Of a DNA stretch of 64,000 bases, positions 52,777 through 64,000 are shown piece after piece. This stretch comes from an uncultured Candidatus Saccharibacteria bacterium. Its GTDB lineage: Bacteria; Patescibacteriota; Minisyncoccia; Minisyncoccales; CAZKCU01. A program made the position numbers and the translations under genes. The DNA lies in assembly GCA_964431915.1 (NCBI GenBank), contig CAYSLI010000001.1, positions 191,824-255,823 on the forward strand. Reading direction: 5' to 3'. The notes beneath the pieces were generated by a model. It was not told where the DNA came from, made no database searches, and saw only the letters and a list, made by a program, of their open reading frames with translations. Each line of letters opens with the position of its first letter. The first letter of the stretch is position 1.

Positions 52777-54807
52777 TTACTTCCATCTTCTCTTAGTCTT
52801 AATATACCAATTTTCTATTTCTGAGAACCTTTTTGAAGGGTTAATGATTATCTCTGCTTTTATTCCCTTAATTTTTTCTGAAACCAAGTAAATATAATCC
52901 GGACTGTACAAAAATACTACTGGAGCTTCATTAATTAAGATATTTTGAAATTCTTCCAGATTTTGAGCTCTAATTTCAGGCTCTTGACTCTGACGAGCTT
53001 TTTCTAACAATGAATCAGCTTTTTTATTTTCATAGAAAGATAGGTTTAAACCAGGATCTTTCTTTTGCAAAGAGTGCCAGAAGGGGAAAGGGTCAGGGAT
53101 GGCCCCCAAAACCTCACCAAATAGTAAAGCTGAATAATTTCTTGGCTTAATAATATCTCTTTCAAGAGTTTTGATGTCAAATGTTTTAATTTCGATTTCT
53201 ACTCCCAAGGATTTCCATTGTTCTTTCAAAAGATTGGCTGTCTCAACTAAAAGGGGTTGGTCGACCGTGACTAAAACTAAGGAGAGTTCTAAGTTTTCTG
53301 CCGGAACTTTTTGGCAAAGTTCATTTAATTTGCTGCGGGTAGTTTTGCTGACAACACCGGTTCCTTCTGTGAATCCCCAGGGTTCTAAAATTTCTTTGGC
53401 ATATTTCTCCTGAAAGCGGATGACTGCCTCTTTGGTTTCTGTTCCAAAAAATCCGGTAATTTTAGCTTGAGGATAAACTTCAGGATATTTTGATAGGCAC
53501 TCTTGAAGTTCTTCTACCTCTTCACCTCGAGAACCTGATTTAAGGTCGCTTTTAAATTGAAAAATTGTTTCTTTTTTGACAATCTTTTTCCTGATTCCGG
53601 TTTCATCTTCAACAAATCCGGCTTCTTGTAAGATTTCTTTAGCTTTCTCTGGATTAAACTCATAGTAAGTGCTGGGGAAGGAAAATCCGTAAATTTCTGG
53701 CAAAATCGGAGAATTAACGACTTTTCCTTGTCCCAGAAGGGAAAGCTTAATAATATCCTCTTTGTTAGTGCCGTAATTTAAAGCCTCTCTTATTGTTTTT
53801 TCAGCTAAAATTTCTGATTTCTCTGGATTAAAAAATACAGCAAAGTATCTTGGTAAAGAAAAGTGATAATCTTTAAATTTAGTATCTTCAAAGAGTTGAT
53901 ATTTTTTTGGGTTAAAAATTGAAAGCCCTTGAATTTCTTTTCTTTGGGCAGATTCAATTAGTTCTTCTTCGGTATCAAAAAAATGAAAAGAAATTTCCCT
54001 AATCTTTGGCTTTTCTCCAAAATATTTAGGATTGGCACCTAAAGTTAAAGATTTGACATATCCTGATTTATCTTGTTTTAGGATTTTTAACTGATAAGGT
54101 CCAGAACCAACAGGTTGAAGATTATAAATTGACAAGGGAAAATTTTGGGCAGGAACATCCTGCCAGATGTGGCTTGGTAAAATTTTTAAAGTCAGATTTT
54201 CTAAAAAGGCAGGATAAGGGTTTTTTAATTTGAAGCGGACACTTGTTGTGGAAATTTTCTCAACTTCCACCCCTAACCAATTTACCCTTAAAGAACTTTT
54301 ATAATCAGGATTTTGAACAGTTTTTATAGTAAAAATTATATCATCAGCAGTTAATTTCTCACCATCTTGCCAAAAAACATTTTCTTTTAAAGAAATTTCA
54401 AAAACTTTTCCATTCTCTAAAATTTTACATTCTTTGGCAAGGTCTGGAACAATTTCTCCTTTCTGATTGTATTTCATTAAACCTGAAAAAATGAGCTGGA
54501 CTAAATCTCTGTCAACGTCAGAATTCTCCCCGTAAATTGGATTAATAAATCTGGGATAACCAATTATACCCTCTTTATAAATTCCGCCAATGGCAGGCTT
54601 TATTTCAGTATTTCTAAAATAAAAATTGAGACCGAGAAAAAGGAAAGAGCCGAAAAATAAAGTCAAAAAAATAGCCAACACTATTTTCTCTTTTTTTGTT
54701 AAAATAGAGAGAATTTGTTTCCATTTTGCAAAAGAAGGAAAGGCTTTGGGGAACAATTTCCTTTTAAGATTGTTGAAAACCCTCTTTATTTTAAGAAAAA
54801 AAGACAT
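52777..54807 (-). CDS. ABC family-5 substrate-binding protein with inserted peptidoglycan-binding domain
   Basis: PDLA..W.DGEKLTADDIIFT, PVGSGPY; insert LKSGSRGEEVEELQECL..TGFFG..T.EAVIRFQ. Confidence 0.85.
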   Translation of the reverse strand: MSFFLKIKRVFNNLKRKLFPKAFPSFAKWKQILSILTKKEKIVLAIFLTLFFGSFLFLGLNFYFRNTEIKPAIGGIYKEGIIGYPRFINPIYGENSDVDRDLVQLIFSGLMKYNQKGEIVPDLAKECKILENGKVFEISLKENVFWQDGEKLTADDIIFTIKTVQNPDYKSSLRVNWLGVEVEKISTTSVRFKLKNPYPAFLENLTLKILPSHIWQDVPAQNFPLSIYNLQPVGSGPYQLKILKQDKSGYVKSLTLGANPKYFGEKPKIREISFHFFDTEEELIESAQRKEIQGLSIFNPKKYQLFEDTKFKDYHFSLPRYFAVFFNPEKSEILAEKTIREALNYGTNKEDIIKLSLLGQGKVVNSPILPEIYGFSFPSTYYEFNPEKAKEILQEAGFVEDETGIRKKIVKKETIFQFKSDLKSGSRGEEVEELQECLSKYPEVYPQAKITGFFGTETKEAVIRFQEKYAKEILEPWGFTEGTGVVSKTTRSKLNELCQKVPAENLELSLVLVTVDQPLLVETANLLKEQWKSLGVEIEIKTFDIKTLERDIIKPRNYSALLFGEVLGAIPDPFPFWHSLQKKDPGLNLSFYENKKADSLLEKARQSQEPEIRAQNLEEFQNILINEAPVVFLYSPDYIYLVSEKIKGIKAEIIINPSKRFSEIENWYIKTKRRWK

Positions 54808-55022
54808 TAGAAAATCAAATTTAAAAGAGCTAAGACTACAAAGAGAACTCCAAGCACTATTGTTCCCCAGAAGATTTTTTTTTGAATACCCCGACGGGTA
54901 GCATAAAATCCCCCGGATTGCCCGAAGGCAGAACCAAGGGCAGTTCCCCTTTGTTGTAAGAGAATGAAGATAACCAAAAAGACGGCAACTATAATTTGAA
55001 GAAAAGGTAAATATCCTTTCAT
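54807..55022 (-). CDS. secG: Preprotein translocase subunit SecG
   Basis: ILLQQRGTALGSAFG..TRRG; two TM helices; start reassigned to 55022. Confidence 0.88.
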   Translation of the reverse strand: MKGYLPFLQIIVAVFLVIFILLQQRGTALGSAFGQSGGFYATRRGIQKKIFWGTIVLGVLFVVLALLNLIF

Positions 55023-55426
55023 GTTCTTTTTAAGAAAGACCTTTTGGGAATAAATTGAGAGAGGACTAAGTTTAGTCCCCAAAGGATTACAGCTATCCAG
55101 AAAAGAGGTAAAAGACCTTGAATAATTAACTCTGCAAAGAAAATATCAACCGCCCAGATTAATCCCATAGAAATAACCAGACTGGAAAGATTAAAAGTAA
55201 TAATTCTTAGAGGTAAAGTGATTTTATCTAAAATTGGTTTTACAAAAAAATTAAGAAATCCCAAAGAAGCTCCCACAAAAAATAAAGTTTCCATAACCTG
55301 ACCAAATTGTACCTCTGCTCCCGGGATAACAAATGTAGGACCTCTAAATTCTACCCCGGGAACAAATTTTACAGCCAGAAAGAGACCTAGGATACCGGTA
55401 ATAATTTGCAATAATAGGCGTAGCAT
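55019..55426 (-). CDS. 4-TM membrane protein (YvlD/phage holin family-like)
   Basis: VPGV and LNFFVKPIL..ITLPLRIITFNL motifs. Confidence 0.75.
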   Translation of the reverse strand: MLRLLLQIITGILGLFLAVKFVPGVEFRGPTFVIPGAEVQFGQVMETLFFVGASLGFLNFFVKPILDKITLPLRIITFNLSSLVISMGLIWAVDIFFAELIIQGLLPLFWIAVILWGLNLVLSQFIPKRSFLKRT

Positions 55427-55644
55427 CTTAATTTACGAAGTAAATTGCCCACTGTTCACACACAGTAGTGAGCGAAAGCAAACGGTTCTTAATATAAAAG
55501 GATAGCAAACATTTGATTAAAGGTCAACTTTCTTTTTGGCTAAAGCCATAACTTTTATCTGTTTAAACTTATACTTTAAACATTGATACCTTAAACATTG
55601 ATTTCGGAAGGTGAGAAATTTTATTTTTTGAGATAAATTTAAAT

Positions 55645-56649
55645 TTATTCATCTTCAATTGCAGGTTGAAAATAATTATTTAGTCTAATTTCTTTCGGAA
55701 TTAATTCTTTAATCTTATCATCTTTAATTAAGATTTCTAATATTTGTCCTTTCATTGTTTTTTCAGAAAAGCCTTGGTCAAAAATGAAATTTCCCAAACT
55801 ATAAAAAATATAGCCGTTTTTATACTTCTCATTTCTTTGAATTACATGGGGATGGTGGCCGACGATTAAATCTGCTCCGGTCTCAATCGCCATTTTAGAA
55901 AAATCAATCTGAAATTGAGTAGGTTCGTTTGAGTATTCTTCACCAGAATGTAAAGAAACAATTAAAATATCAGCTTGAGATTTAGCGTTTTCAATATCTT
56001 TTTTAATTTTTTCAAAATTTTTTTCTGAAATCCAAGCAATGCCAGAATTTTTCTCGCCAGCTTTCCAGGTTTCGGGTCCTAAATTAGTATAAGCTAAAAA
56101 AGCAATTTTAGTATCCTTGATTTTTTTAATAAGAGGGGAATAAGCCTCTTTTTCTGTAAAACCGGCCCCAATATAATCAATTCCCGTATTATTTAACTTA
56201 ACTAAGCAATCTTCAAGAGCTTCTCTTGTATAATCAAAGGTGTGATTGTTAGCCAGAGATAAAACATTAAAGCCGGCAAAACTTAAACCCTCAATTGCTT
56301 CAGGATTCACTCTAAAAGAATAAATACTGCCAACCTTAATTCCTTTATCAGAAATTACCCCTTCCAAATTTCCAAAAAGGAGATTTGCTTTTTGTAATTC
56401 TTTAGCAATTTTCAAGAATGGAAACCTGAAATCTCCGTTTCCTTGTTTTTCGACCATATATTCCACTCCACGGTCAAGCATTATATCGCCAACCAAGATT
56501 AGAGTGATTGTTTTTTCCTCGATCAATTCATCTACTCTCGGTTCAGAATAATCTATTGATTTGGGAAATCGATAGGTTTCAATTAAAAGAAATAAACCTA
56601 GGGAAATGATAAAGGTAGTTAAAATTAACCAAGGAAAAATCTTTTTCAT
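55645..56649 (-). CDS. CapA/PGA_cap family metallophosphatase-like protein
   Basis: VGDIMLDRGV, NLEG, SLANNHTFDY, SLHSGEEY, GHHPHV, YSLGNFIFDQ; start reassigned to 56649. Confidence 0.9.
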   Translation of the reverse strand: MKKIFPWLILTTFIISLGLFLLIETYRFPKSIDYSEPRVDELIEEKTITLILVGDIMLDRGVEYMVEKQGNGDFRFPFLKIAKELQKANLLFGNLEGVISDKGIKVGSIYSFRVNPEAIEGLSFAGFNVLSLANNHTFDYTREALEDCLVKLNNTGIDYIGAGFTEKEAYSPLIKKIKDTKIAFLAYTNLGPETWKAGEKNSGIAWISEKNFEKIKKDIENAKSQADILIVSLHSGEEYSNEPTQFQIDFSKMAIETGADLIVGHHPHVIQRNEKYKNGYIFYSLGNFIFDQGFSEKTMKGQILEILIKDDKIKELIPKEIRLNNYFQPAIEDE

Positions 56650-56673
56650 TATCTTTATTTTACCCCTTCTTGG

Positions 56674-56823
56674 CCCCGTAGTGAAAATTTGACATGGTTT
56701 TCTTTCAGAAAACCAATTATTGCGGAGCCCCATAGAGAAATTTCGAACAATAATATTGATTAGTGGCGAAGCCCATTCGAAATTCTTCTACGGGGTGGAG
56801 CGAGTCAAATTTCTACTACGGGG
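56674..56823. mobile_element. Nested MITE-like inverted-repeat elements (CCCCRTAG...CTACGGGG)
   Basis: Outer arms 56674-56693 and 56804-56823 (18/20 match); inner arms 56728-56747 and 56776-56795 (17/20). Confidence 0.75.
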
Positions 56824-56852
56824 TTGAAAGATTCGGAAATTTAGAGTATAAT
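56824..56852 (+). promoter_or_regulatory. uvrA promoter
   Basis: TTGAAA-17 nt-TATAAT ending 11 nt before the ATG. Confidence 0.7.
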
Positions 56853-56863
56853 GGATAACTTCT

Positions 56864-59776
56864 ATGAAAGGCGATTTTATTAAAATTCGAGGCGCCAGGG
56901 TGCACAATCTAAAGAACATAAAGGTTGATATTCCCAAAAATAAAATGGTGGTGATTACCGGTATTTCTGGTTCTGGGAAGTCTTCTTTAGCCTTTGATAC
57001 TTTATATGCCGAAGGGCAGAGGAGATACGTTGAATCATTATCTGCTTATGCTAGGCAATTTTTGGGGATAATGAAAAAACCTAATGTTGATAAAATTGAG
57101 GGAATTTCTCCGGCAATTTCAATTGACCAAAGAAAAGCAGCCCATAATCCTCGTTCGACAGTGGGCACCATTACTGAAATTTATGATTATCTAAGGCTTT
57201 TGTTTGCCAGAGTTGGAAAACCTCATTGTCCAAAATGCGGCAAACTAATCACTCGCCAGACCATAGATCAGATTGTAGAGCAGATTTTGAAGTTGCCCAA
57301 AGGAAAAGAAATTATCATTTTGGGGCCCGTAATCCGGGGAAAAAAAGGAGAACACCAGGGAATTTTAGAAGAAATTCAGAGAGGAGGATTTGTCAGAGTG
57401 AGGATTGATGGAATAATTTATCGGGTCGATGAGGCTTTAGGAAAAACCCTTGATAGAAAGAAAAAACACAACATTGAAGTAGTCGTAGATAGACTTATCC
57501 TAGACAAAGAGCTTGATAAGTCTAGGTTGGTAGATTCTTTAGAAACAGCGCTAAAGCTGGGAAAAGGCATCGTAATTATTAACCGTAAACCTTATAGAGG
57601 TCTGTCGGTATCTGATACCGACAGACTGAGTACTGATACTGTAAACCATAAGGTTGAAGACATCGTCTTCAGTGAACAATTTGCCTGCGAGGAGTGCGGA
57701 ATTTCTCTGCCAGAATTAGAGCCGAGATTTTTTTCTTTCAATAGTCCTTATGGGGCTTGCCCGGCCTGTCAGGGATTGGGAGAGAAATTAGAAGTTGAGC
57801 CCTCATTGGTTATCCCTAATCCCAATTTATCTCTTTCAGAAGGAGCAATTTTTCCCTGGGCCCATGCTTCCCACAAAATAGGAAGACAGGGTTATTTTTG
57901 TTGGCAACTTTCTGATTTAGCTGAAGAGTGTAATTTTTCATTAGATACCCCTGTTAAAAATCTATCAAAAAAAATTTTAGATATTATTCTTTATGGGAGA
58001 GATAACTTTGAGGGAGTAATTCCTAATCTGGAAAGAAGATATTATCAAACTGACTCTGAAGCGGCTCGTCAGGAAATTGAGAAATATATGGTTGAGAGAA
58101 GATGTGAGAAGTGCCAGGGGAAGAGATTAAAACCAGAAGCCTTAGCAGTAACAATAACAGGAAAGTCGATTGATCAGATTGTCGGAATGAGCATTGATAA
58201 AATAAAAGAATTTTTTGAAGAAATCGCAAAGCCGAGGCGGCAAAATACCAGGAAGAGACGCAAAACTTTAAGCGAAAATGAATTCAAGATTGCCCAACCA
58301 ATTATTAAAGAAATTATCAATCGCTTGCAATTTCTGATTGATGTTGGTTTGGATTATCTGACTTTGGATAGAAAAACTAAGACCTTGGCTGGAGGTGAAG
58401 AACAAAGAATAAGATTGGCTACTCAAATTGGTTCAAAATTAACTGGAGTTTTATATATTTTAGATGAACCATCCATCGGTCTTCATCCCAGGGATCAGAG
58501 AAGATTGATTGAAACTTTAAAAAAACTTAGAGATTTGGGAAATACGGTGGTGGTAGTTGAACATGATTATCAAACTATTCGTCAAGGAGCTGATTGGATA
58601 ATTGATATTGGACCTGGAGCAGGAAAACATGGTGGTAAAGTTATTTTTGAGGGGACACCGAAAGAATTACTTAAAGCTTATACACTTACTGGAGATTATT
58701 TGGCCGGTCGGAAAAGAGTTGAAGTACTAAGTACGAAGTACGAAGAAACGAAGAAAAAAAATCTTCAAAATCTTCAGACATCAGACTTTATACTTATTAA
58801 GGGGGCAAAGGAGCATAATTTGAAAGATATTGATGTTAGAATTCCTTTAGGAAAATTTGTCTGTATTACTGGTGTTTCTGGTTCTGGGAAAAGTTCTTTG
58901 ATGAACGACATTTTGGCCCGGGCTTTGATGAGAAAAGTTTATAAATCAAAAGAGGAGCCGGGAAAACATCGAGAAATTTTGGGAACTGAGAATTTAAATA
59001 AAGTGGCTTTGGTTGACCAATCTCCAATTGGCAGAACTCCCCGTTCAAATCCGGCAACTTATACCGGAGCTTTTTCTTATATCAGAGATCTCTTTTCTAA
59101 AACCCGAGAAGCCAGAATTCGAGGTTATCAGCCGGGTCGCTTTTCTTTTAATGTCAAGGGAGGAAGATGCGAAGCCTGTGAGGGTCAGGGAGAGATAAAG
59201 ATTGAGATGTATTTTTTACCCGATGTTTACGTTGAATGCCAGGAGTGTAAAGGTAAAAGATTTAACAAAGAAACTCTAACTATTGAATACAAAGGGAGGA
59301 ATATTGCTGAAATTTTAGAGATGACGGTTGAGGAAGCTTTGGAATTTTTCAAAAATATTCCTGGTCTATATCATAAACTAAAAACTTTAAACGATGTTGG
59401 TTTAGGCTATGTTCAATTAGGTCAGCCAGCCCCTTCTTTATCTGGTGGAGAGGCCCAGAGAGTAAAGCTATCTACTGAACTTTCTAAAAAAACCAGTGCC
59501 AGAACTATTTATATTTTAGATGAGCCGACGACTGGCTTACATCCTTACGATATTAAAAAACTGGTTTTGGTTTTAAAAAGATTAGTGGAAAAAGGAAATA
59601 CAGTGCTTGTGTGTGAGCACAATATCGATATTATTCGCAACGTAGATTGGGTAATCGATTTGGGGCCTGAGGGTGGAGATAGAGGAGGCTATATTGTGGC
59701 CGAAGGAGAACCTTTCGAGATAGCAAAAATTAAGAAAAGCTATACTGGACAATATTTAAAGAAAATGCTAAAATAA
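56864..59776 (+). CDS. uvrA: Excinuclease ABC subunit A
   Basis: Two ABC modules ([18 protein letters not shown]), Zn fingers, [11 protein letters not shown]. Confidence 0.98.
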   Translation: MKGDFIKIRGARVHNLKNIKVDIPKNKMVVITGISGSGKSSLAFDTLYAEGQRRYVESLSAYARQFLGIMKKPNVDKIEGISPAISIDQRKAAHNPRSTVGTITEIYDYLRLLFARVGKPHCPKCGKLITRQTIDQIVEQILKLPKGKEIIILGPVIRGKKGEHQGILEEIQRGGFVRVRIDGIIYRVDEALGKTLDRKKKHNIEVVVDRLILDKELDKSRLVDSLETALKLGKGIVIINRKPYRGLSVSDTDRLSTDTVNHKVEDIVFSEQFACEECGISLPELEPRFFSFNSPYGACPACQGLGEKLEVEPSLVIPNPNLSLSEGAIFPWAHASHKIGRQGYFCWQLSDLAEECNFSLDTPVKNLSKKILDIILYGRDNFEGVIPNLERRYYQTDSEAARQEIEKYMVERRCEKCQGKRLKPEALAVTITGKSIDQIVGMSIDKIKEFFEEIAKPRRQNTRKRRKTLSENEFKIAQPIIKEIINRLQFLIDVGLDYLTLDRKTKTLAGGEEQRIRLATQIGSKLTGVLYILDEPSIGLHPRDQRRLIETLKKLRDLGNTVVVVEHDYQTIRQGADWIIDIGPGAGKHGGKVIFEGTPKELLKAYTLTGDYLAGRKRVEVLSTKYEETKKKNLQNLQTSDFILIKGAKEHNLKDIDVRIPLGKFVCITGVSGSGKSSLMNDILARALMRKVYKSKEEPGKHREILGTENLNKVALVDQSPIGRTPRSNPATYTGAFSYIRDLFSKTREARIRGYQPGRFSFNVKGGRCEACEGQGEIKIEMYFLPDVYVECQECKGKRFNKETLTIEYKGRNIAEILEMTVEEALEFFKNIPGLYHKLKTLNDVGLGYVQLGQPAPSLSGGEAQRVKLSTELSKKTSARTIYILDEPTTGLHPYDIKKLVLVLKRLVEKGNTVLVCEHNIDIIRNVDWVIDLGPEGGDRGGYIVAEGEPFEIAKIKKSYTGQYLKKMLK
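57588..57655. repeat. Palindromic in-frame insert in uvrA
   Basis: Perfect 13-bp inverted repeat GTCTGTCGGTATC-T-GATACCGACAGAC (57600-57626) inside outer arms AACCTTAT/ATAAGGTT. Confidence 0.75.
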
Positions 59777-59824
59777 AATTGGTACAGGAACAATAAAATA
59801 TTTATAGAAAAGGAGGTAAGTAGA

Positions 59825-60244
59825 ATGAAATTCAGTAGAAGAAAAGGACGCCGTATAAAAACTCTTTTAAGAAGCAAAAGAAAAGCAGGGAGAATTGAAT
59901 ATCTTTTTCATCAAATAGGTTTAAAAAAAGGTAAAGCCAACGCTCAAAAAGTTTTTCGAGTTTTGGAATTCTGGCAAGAGAAAAAATGGATTTGGTGTTT
60001 TGGAGAATACCCAAAATGGAGATATCATGATTATATTTTGCATCAAGATGGTTGGTTTTTATCTTTAGAGGGAAAGCAAGTTGATTTCCAAATAAAAAGC
60101 TCTCTCCAAGCTGCTCAAAAACATCTGGAAAAATACCCTGATGTTCCGTCAATAGTTGTTAGTCCAGCGATAAGTATTGATAAATTAAGCGAAGAAATGA
60201 GGAAGCTTTTTAAAGATAAACTTTTAGTAAAAAGCTATAAGTAA
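59825..60244 (+). CDS. Hypothetical basic protein, possibly PD-(D/E)xK nuclease fold
   Basis: Strong SD AAGGAGGT upstream; QDG..VDFQIKSS pattern. Confidence 0.55.
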   Translation: MKFSRRKGRRIKTLLRSKRKAGRIEYLFHQIGLKKGKANAQKVFRVLEFWQEKKWIWCFGEYPKWRYHDYILHQDGWFLSLEGKQVDFQIKSSLQAAQKHLEKYPDVPSIVVSPAISIDKLSEEMRKLFKDKLLVKSYK

Positions 60245-60276
60245 GGCTAACGAATTGACGATTTTTCGTTAGCCTT
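60243..60276 (+). terminator. Stem-loop/terminator
   Basis: AAGGCTAACGAA/TTCGTTAGCCTT 12-bp stem. Confidence 0.6.
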
Positions 60277-60289
60277 CCTTTATTAGGGC

Positions 60290-60350
60290 TTGACAGATTT
60301 TTATTAATTTCTAAAATAGAATATTAGCACTCAAAGGTCGTAATTGCTAA
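60290..60350 (+). promoter_or_regulatory. groESL promoter and CIRCE (HrcA) operator
   Basis: TTGACA-16 nt-TAAAAT; TTAGCACTC-N9-AATTGCTAA at 60324-60350 (2 mismatches to the CIRCE consensus). Confidence 0.85.
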
Positions 60351-60373
60351 CATGATAAACACAATTCAATTTT

Positions 60374-60664
60374 ATGAAAATAAAACCACTCGCAGATCAT
60401 ATTTTAATTGAACCAATAAAACAAGAGGAAAAAACAAGAACTGGAATTTTACTTCCCGAAACTGCTGAAAAAGAAAGACCAGAACAAGGAAGAGTGATTG
60501 CCATAGGACCGGGCCGAAAAACTTCCTCTGGTAAAATCATTCCCATAGAAGTAAAAGTAGGGCAAAAAGTTTTGTTTACAAAATACGGTCCAAACGAAAT
60601 AAAGGTCGCTGATAAAGAATATTTAATTGCAAAAGAAGAAGATATATTAGCGATTCTTGAATAG
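60374..60664 (+). CDS. groES: Co-chaperonin GroES
   Basis: IKPLADHILI, TGILLP, G.VIAIGPG, EEDILAI. Confidence 0.97.
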   Translation: MKIKPLADHILIEPIKQEEKTRTGILLPETAEKERPEQGRVIAIGPGRKTSSGKIIPIEVKVGQKVLFTKYGPNEIKVADKEYLIAKEEDILAILE

Positions 60665-60688
60665 AATCGCTAAATTTCTAATTTCTAA

Positions 60689-62332
<1,644 letters not shown>

Positions 62333-62356
62333 AAAACAGAATAGCTCTCATCTATC

Positions 62357-62394
62357 AAAAACTTTTCCTATTGTCTTAGGAAGAGTTTTTGTTT
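62357..62394 (+). terminator. Intrinsic terminator after groEL
   Basis: AAAACTTTTCCTA-TTGTCT-TAGGAAGAGTTTT then a T-rich tail. Confidence 0.7.
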
Positions 62395-62489
62395 ATACTA
62401 AAGAATAGGTATGGGGTTCCGGGATGACTTCCCGGAGGCGCCTTTTCCGAGTATAAAGGTCGTTGGAAAATTAATTAAAAAAAGTGTAT

Positions 62490-63053
62490 ATGACTCCTTT
62501 TCGAATTATTTTAATAATAGCTGCCATTATTGTTTTATGGGTAATTTTTGCCTATAACCGCTTGGTTTTGCTTTTGAATCGGGCAAAAGAGGCCTGGGCA
62601 GATATCGATGTTCAATTAAAGAGAAGATATAATTTAATTCCCAATTTGGTTGAAACGGTTAAAGGTTATGCTGCTCATGAGAAAACAGTTTTTGAAAATG
62701 TAACTAAAGCCAGGACGGCAGCTATGACAGCTGAACAGTCGGGCGACCCAAAAAAAGTTGGTAGAGCTGAAAATTTCCTGGCTGGAACTCTGAAAACTCT
62801 TTTTGCGGTAGCCGAAAATTATCCTCAGTTGAGAGCTGCAGAAAACTTTTTGGAATTGCAAAAAGAACTTTCTGATACTGAAAATAAAATTCAGGCCGCC
62901 AGACGCTTTTATAACGGAAATGTCAGGGATTTGAATATCAAAATTGAGAGTTTCCCGGCAAATATTATCGCCAATCTTTTCAGATTCAAAAAAATGGATT
63001 TCTTTGAGATAGAAGAGAAAGCTGACAAAGAAACACCGAGAGTAAATTTCTAA
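62490..63053 (+). CDS. lemA: LemA family protein
   Basis: AWADIDVQLKRRYNLIPNLVETVKGYA, AENYPQL, RRFYN. Confidence 0.95.
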   Translation: MTPFRIILIIAAIIVLWVIFAYNRLVLLLNRAKEAWADIDVQLKRRYNLIPNLVETVKGYAAHEKTVFENVTKARTAAMTAEQSGDPKKVGRAENFLAGTLKTLFAVAENYPQLRAAENFLELQKELSDTENKIQAARRFYNGNVRDLNIKIESFPANIIANLFRFKKMDFFEIEEKADKETPRVNF

Positions 63054-63072
63054 TTAGTAATTAGTCATTTTC

Positions 63073-63966
63073 ATGACCCTATATACTCAGGCCGAATCAA
63101 ATATCCGCAAGACCTGGTTATTGCTCATTGCCTTTTTGATTTTTATTATCGCTTTGGGTTGGATTTTTAGTTATTTATTAGATAATCCTATTTTTCTGAT
63201 TTTGGCTGTAATTATCGCTTTCTTTCAAAGTTTCCTTTCTTATTGGTATTCAGATAAAATTGTTTTGGCAATGACAAAAGCCAAAAAAATAGAGAAAAAA
63301 GACAACCCGGAGCTTTATAGAGTCGTAGAAAATCTTTGTATTACCGCCGGCCTTCCTCTGCCAAAAATTTATATTATAGAAGAGCAACAGCCAAATGCCT
63401 TTGCTACCGGCAGAGACCAAAATCATGCCGTTGTTGCTGTCACTCAAGGGCTTTTGGAAAAATTGGAAAGGCCGGAATTAGAAGGAGTTCTCTCTCATGA
63501 ACTTTCTCATATCGGAAACAAAGATATTCTTTTGGGTACAGTAGTAGTAATTTTAGTCGGGATTATAGCTATGCTTTCAAACTGGTTTTTAAGAATTAGT
63601 TTTTTTGGGGGAGGAAGAAGGTCACGAGGTTCAAGCGGAGTAATTTTTATGATCCTTGGAATTTCAGCTGCTATTTTAGCTCCGGTTGCAGCTATTTTAA
63701 TCAAACTCGCTATTTCCAGAAAAAGAGAATTTTTAGCCGATGCCTCAGGGGCTCTTTTAACAAGGTACCCGGAAGGTTTAGCTAAAGCTCTGGAAAAAAT
63801 TTCAGCTGACCCAAATCCAATGAGAGTGGCTTCCAATTCCACCGCCCATCTTTTTATCGCTTCACCTTTTCGAGGAAAACAAACCAAGAGCTGGTTCACG
63901 AAGCTATTTTTAACTCATCCTCCGGTTGAGGAAAGGACAAGGGTGTTGAGAGGAATGAAAAATTAA
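63073..63966 (+). CDS. htpX: Zinc metalloprotease HtpX (M48)
   Basis: PNAFATG, HELSH, SRKREFLADA, THPP. Confidence 0.95.
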   Translation: MTLYTQAESNIRKTWLLLIAFLIFIIALGWIFSYLLDNPIFLILAVIIAFFQSFLSYWYSDKIVLAMTKAKKIEKKDNPELYRVVENLCITAGLPLPKIYIIEEQQPNAFATGRDQNHAVVAVTQGLLEKLERPELEGVLSHELSHIGNKDILLGTVVVILVGIIAMLSNWFLRISFFGGGRRSRGSSGVIFMILGISAAILAPVAAILIKLAISRKREFLADASGALLTRYPEGLAKALEKISADPNPMRVASNSTAHLFIASPFRGKQTKSWFTKLFLTHPPVEERTRVLRGMKN

Positions 63967-64000
63967 AATTATGGAATGTCCTCTTTGTAAAAAACCATTA

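Noticed and set aside
55019-55426. Holin as evidence of a phage lysis cassette
   Set aside because: This family is a common chromosomal membrane protein. No endolysin is nearby and the gene is coupled to secG.

Overview
AT-rich bacterial chromosomal window read in standard code 11, since TGA acts as stop. Gene content and style point to Patescibacteria/CPR, probably Parcubacteria (inference). From the left: a complete type IV pilus cluster, ligA, rodA, and a soluble PAS kinase plus receiver pair. An accessory block follows (about 14-33.5 kb). It holds an F1-ATPase-like operon with no subunit a and with a c-like hairpin that lacks the essential carboxylate and is fused to an exported domain. 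Next to it are a catalytically degenerate IS1595-like gene and a complete diversity-generating retroelement (DGR). The DGR targets a 2620-aa protein (HTH, TM helix, fibre repeats, FG-GAP propellers, CLec tip); all 13 VR/TR differences fall on TR adenines, and the RT gene carries an in-frame (AG)19 tract. The block ends with a Cys-repeat protein and two toxin-antitoxin pairs whose toxins are dead. The right half is housekeeping: rpoBC, ftsK, recA, rpsF-ssb-rpsR, ychF, PMM, trpS, rnj, tRNA-Leu, secG, uvrA, groESL, lemA and htpX. A family of about 50-bp palindromic elements is inserted in frame in several genes, including rpoC. All calls come from reading motifs by eye; no database searches were run.
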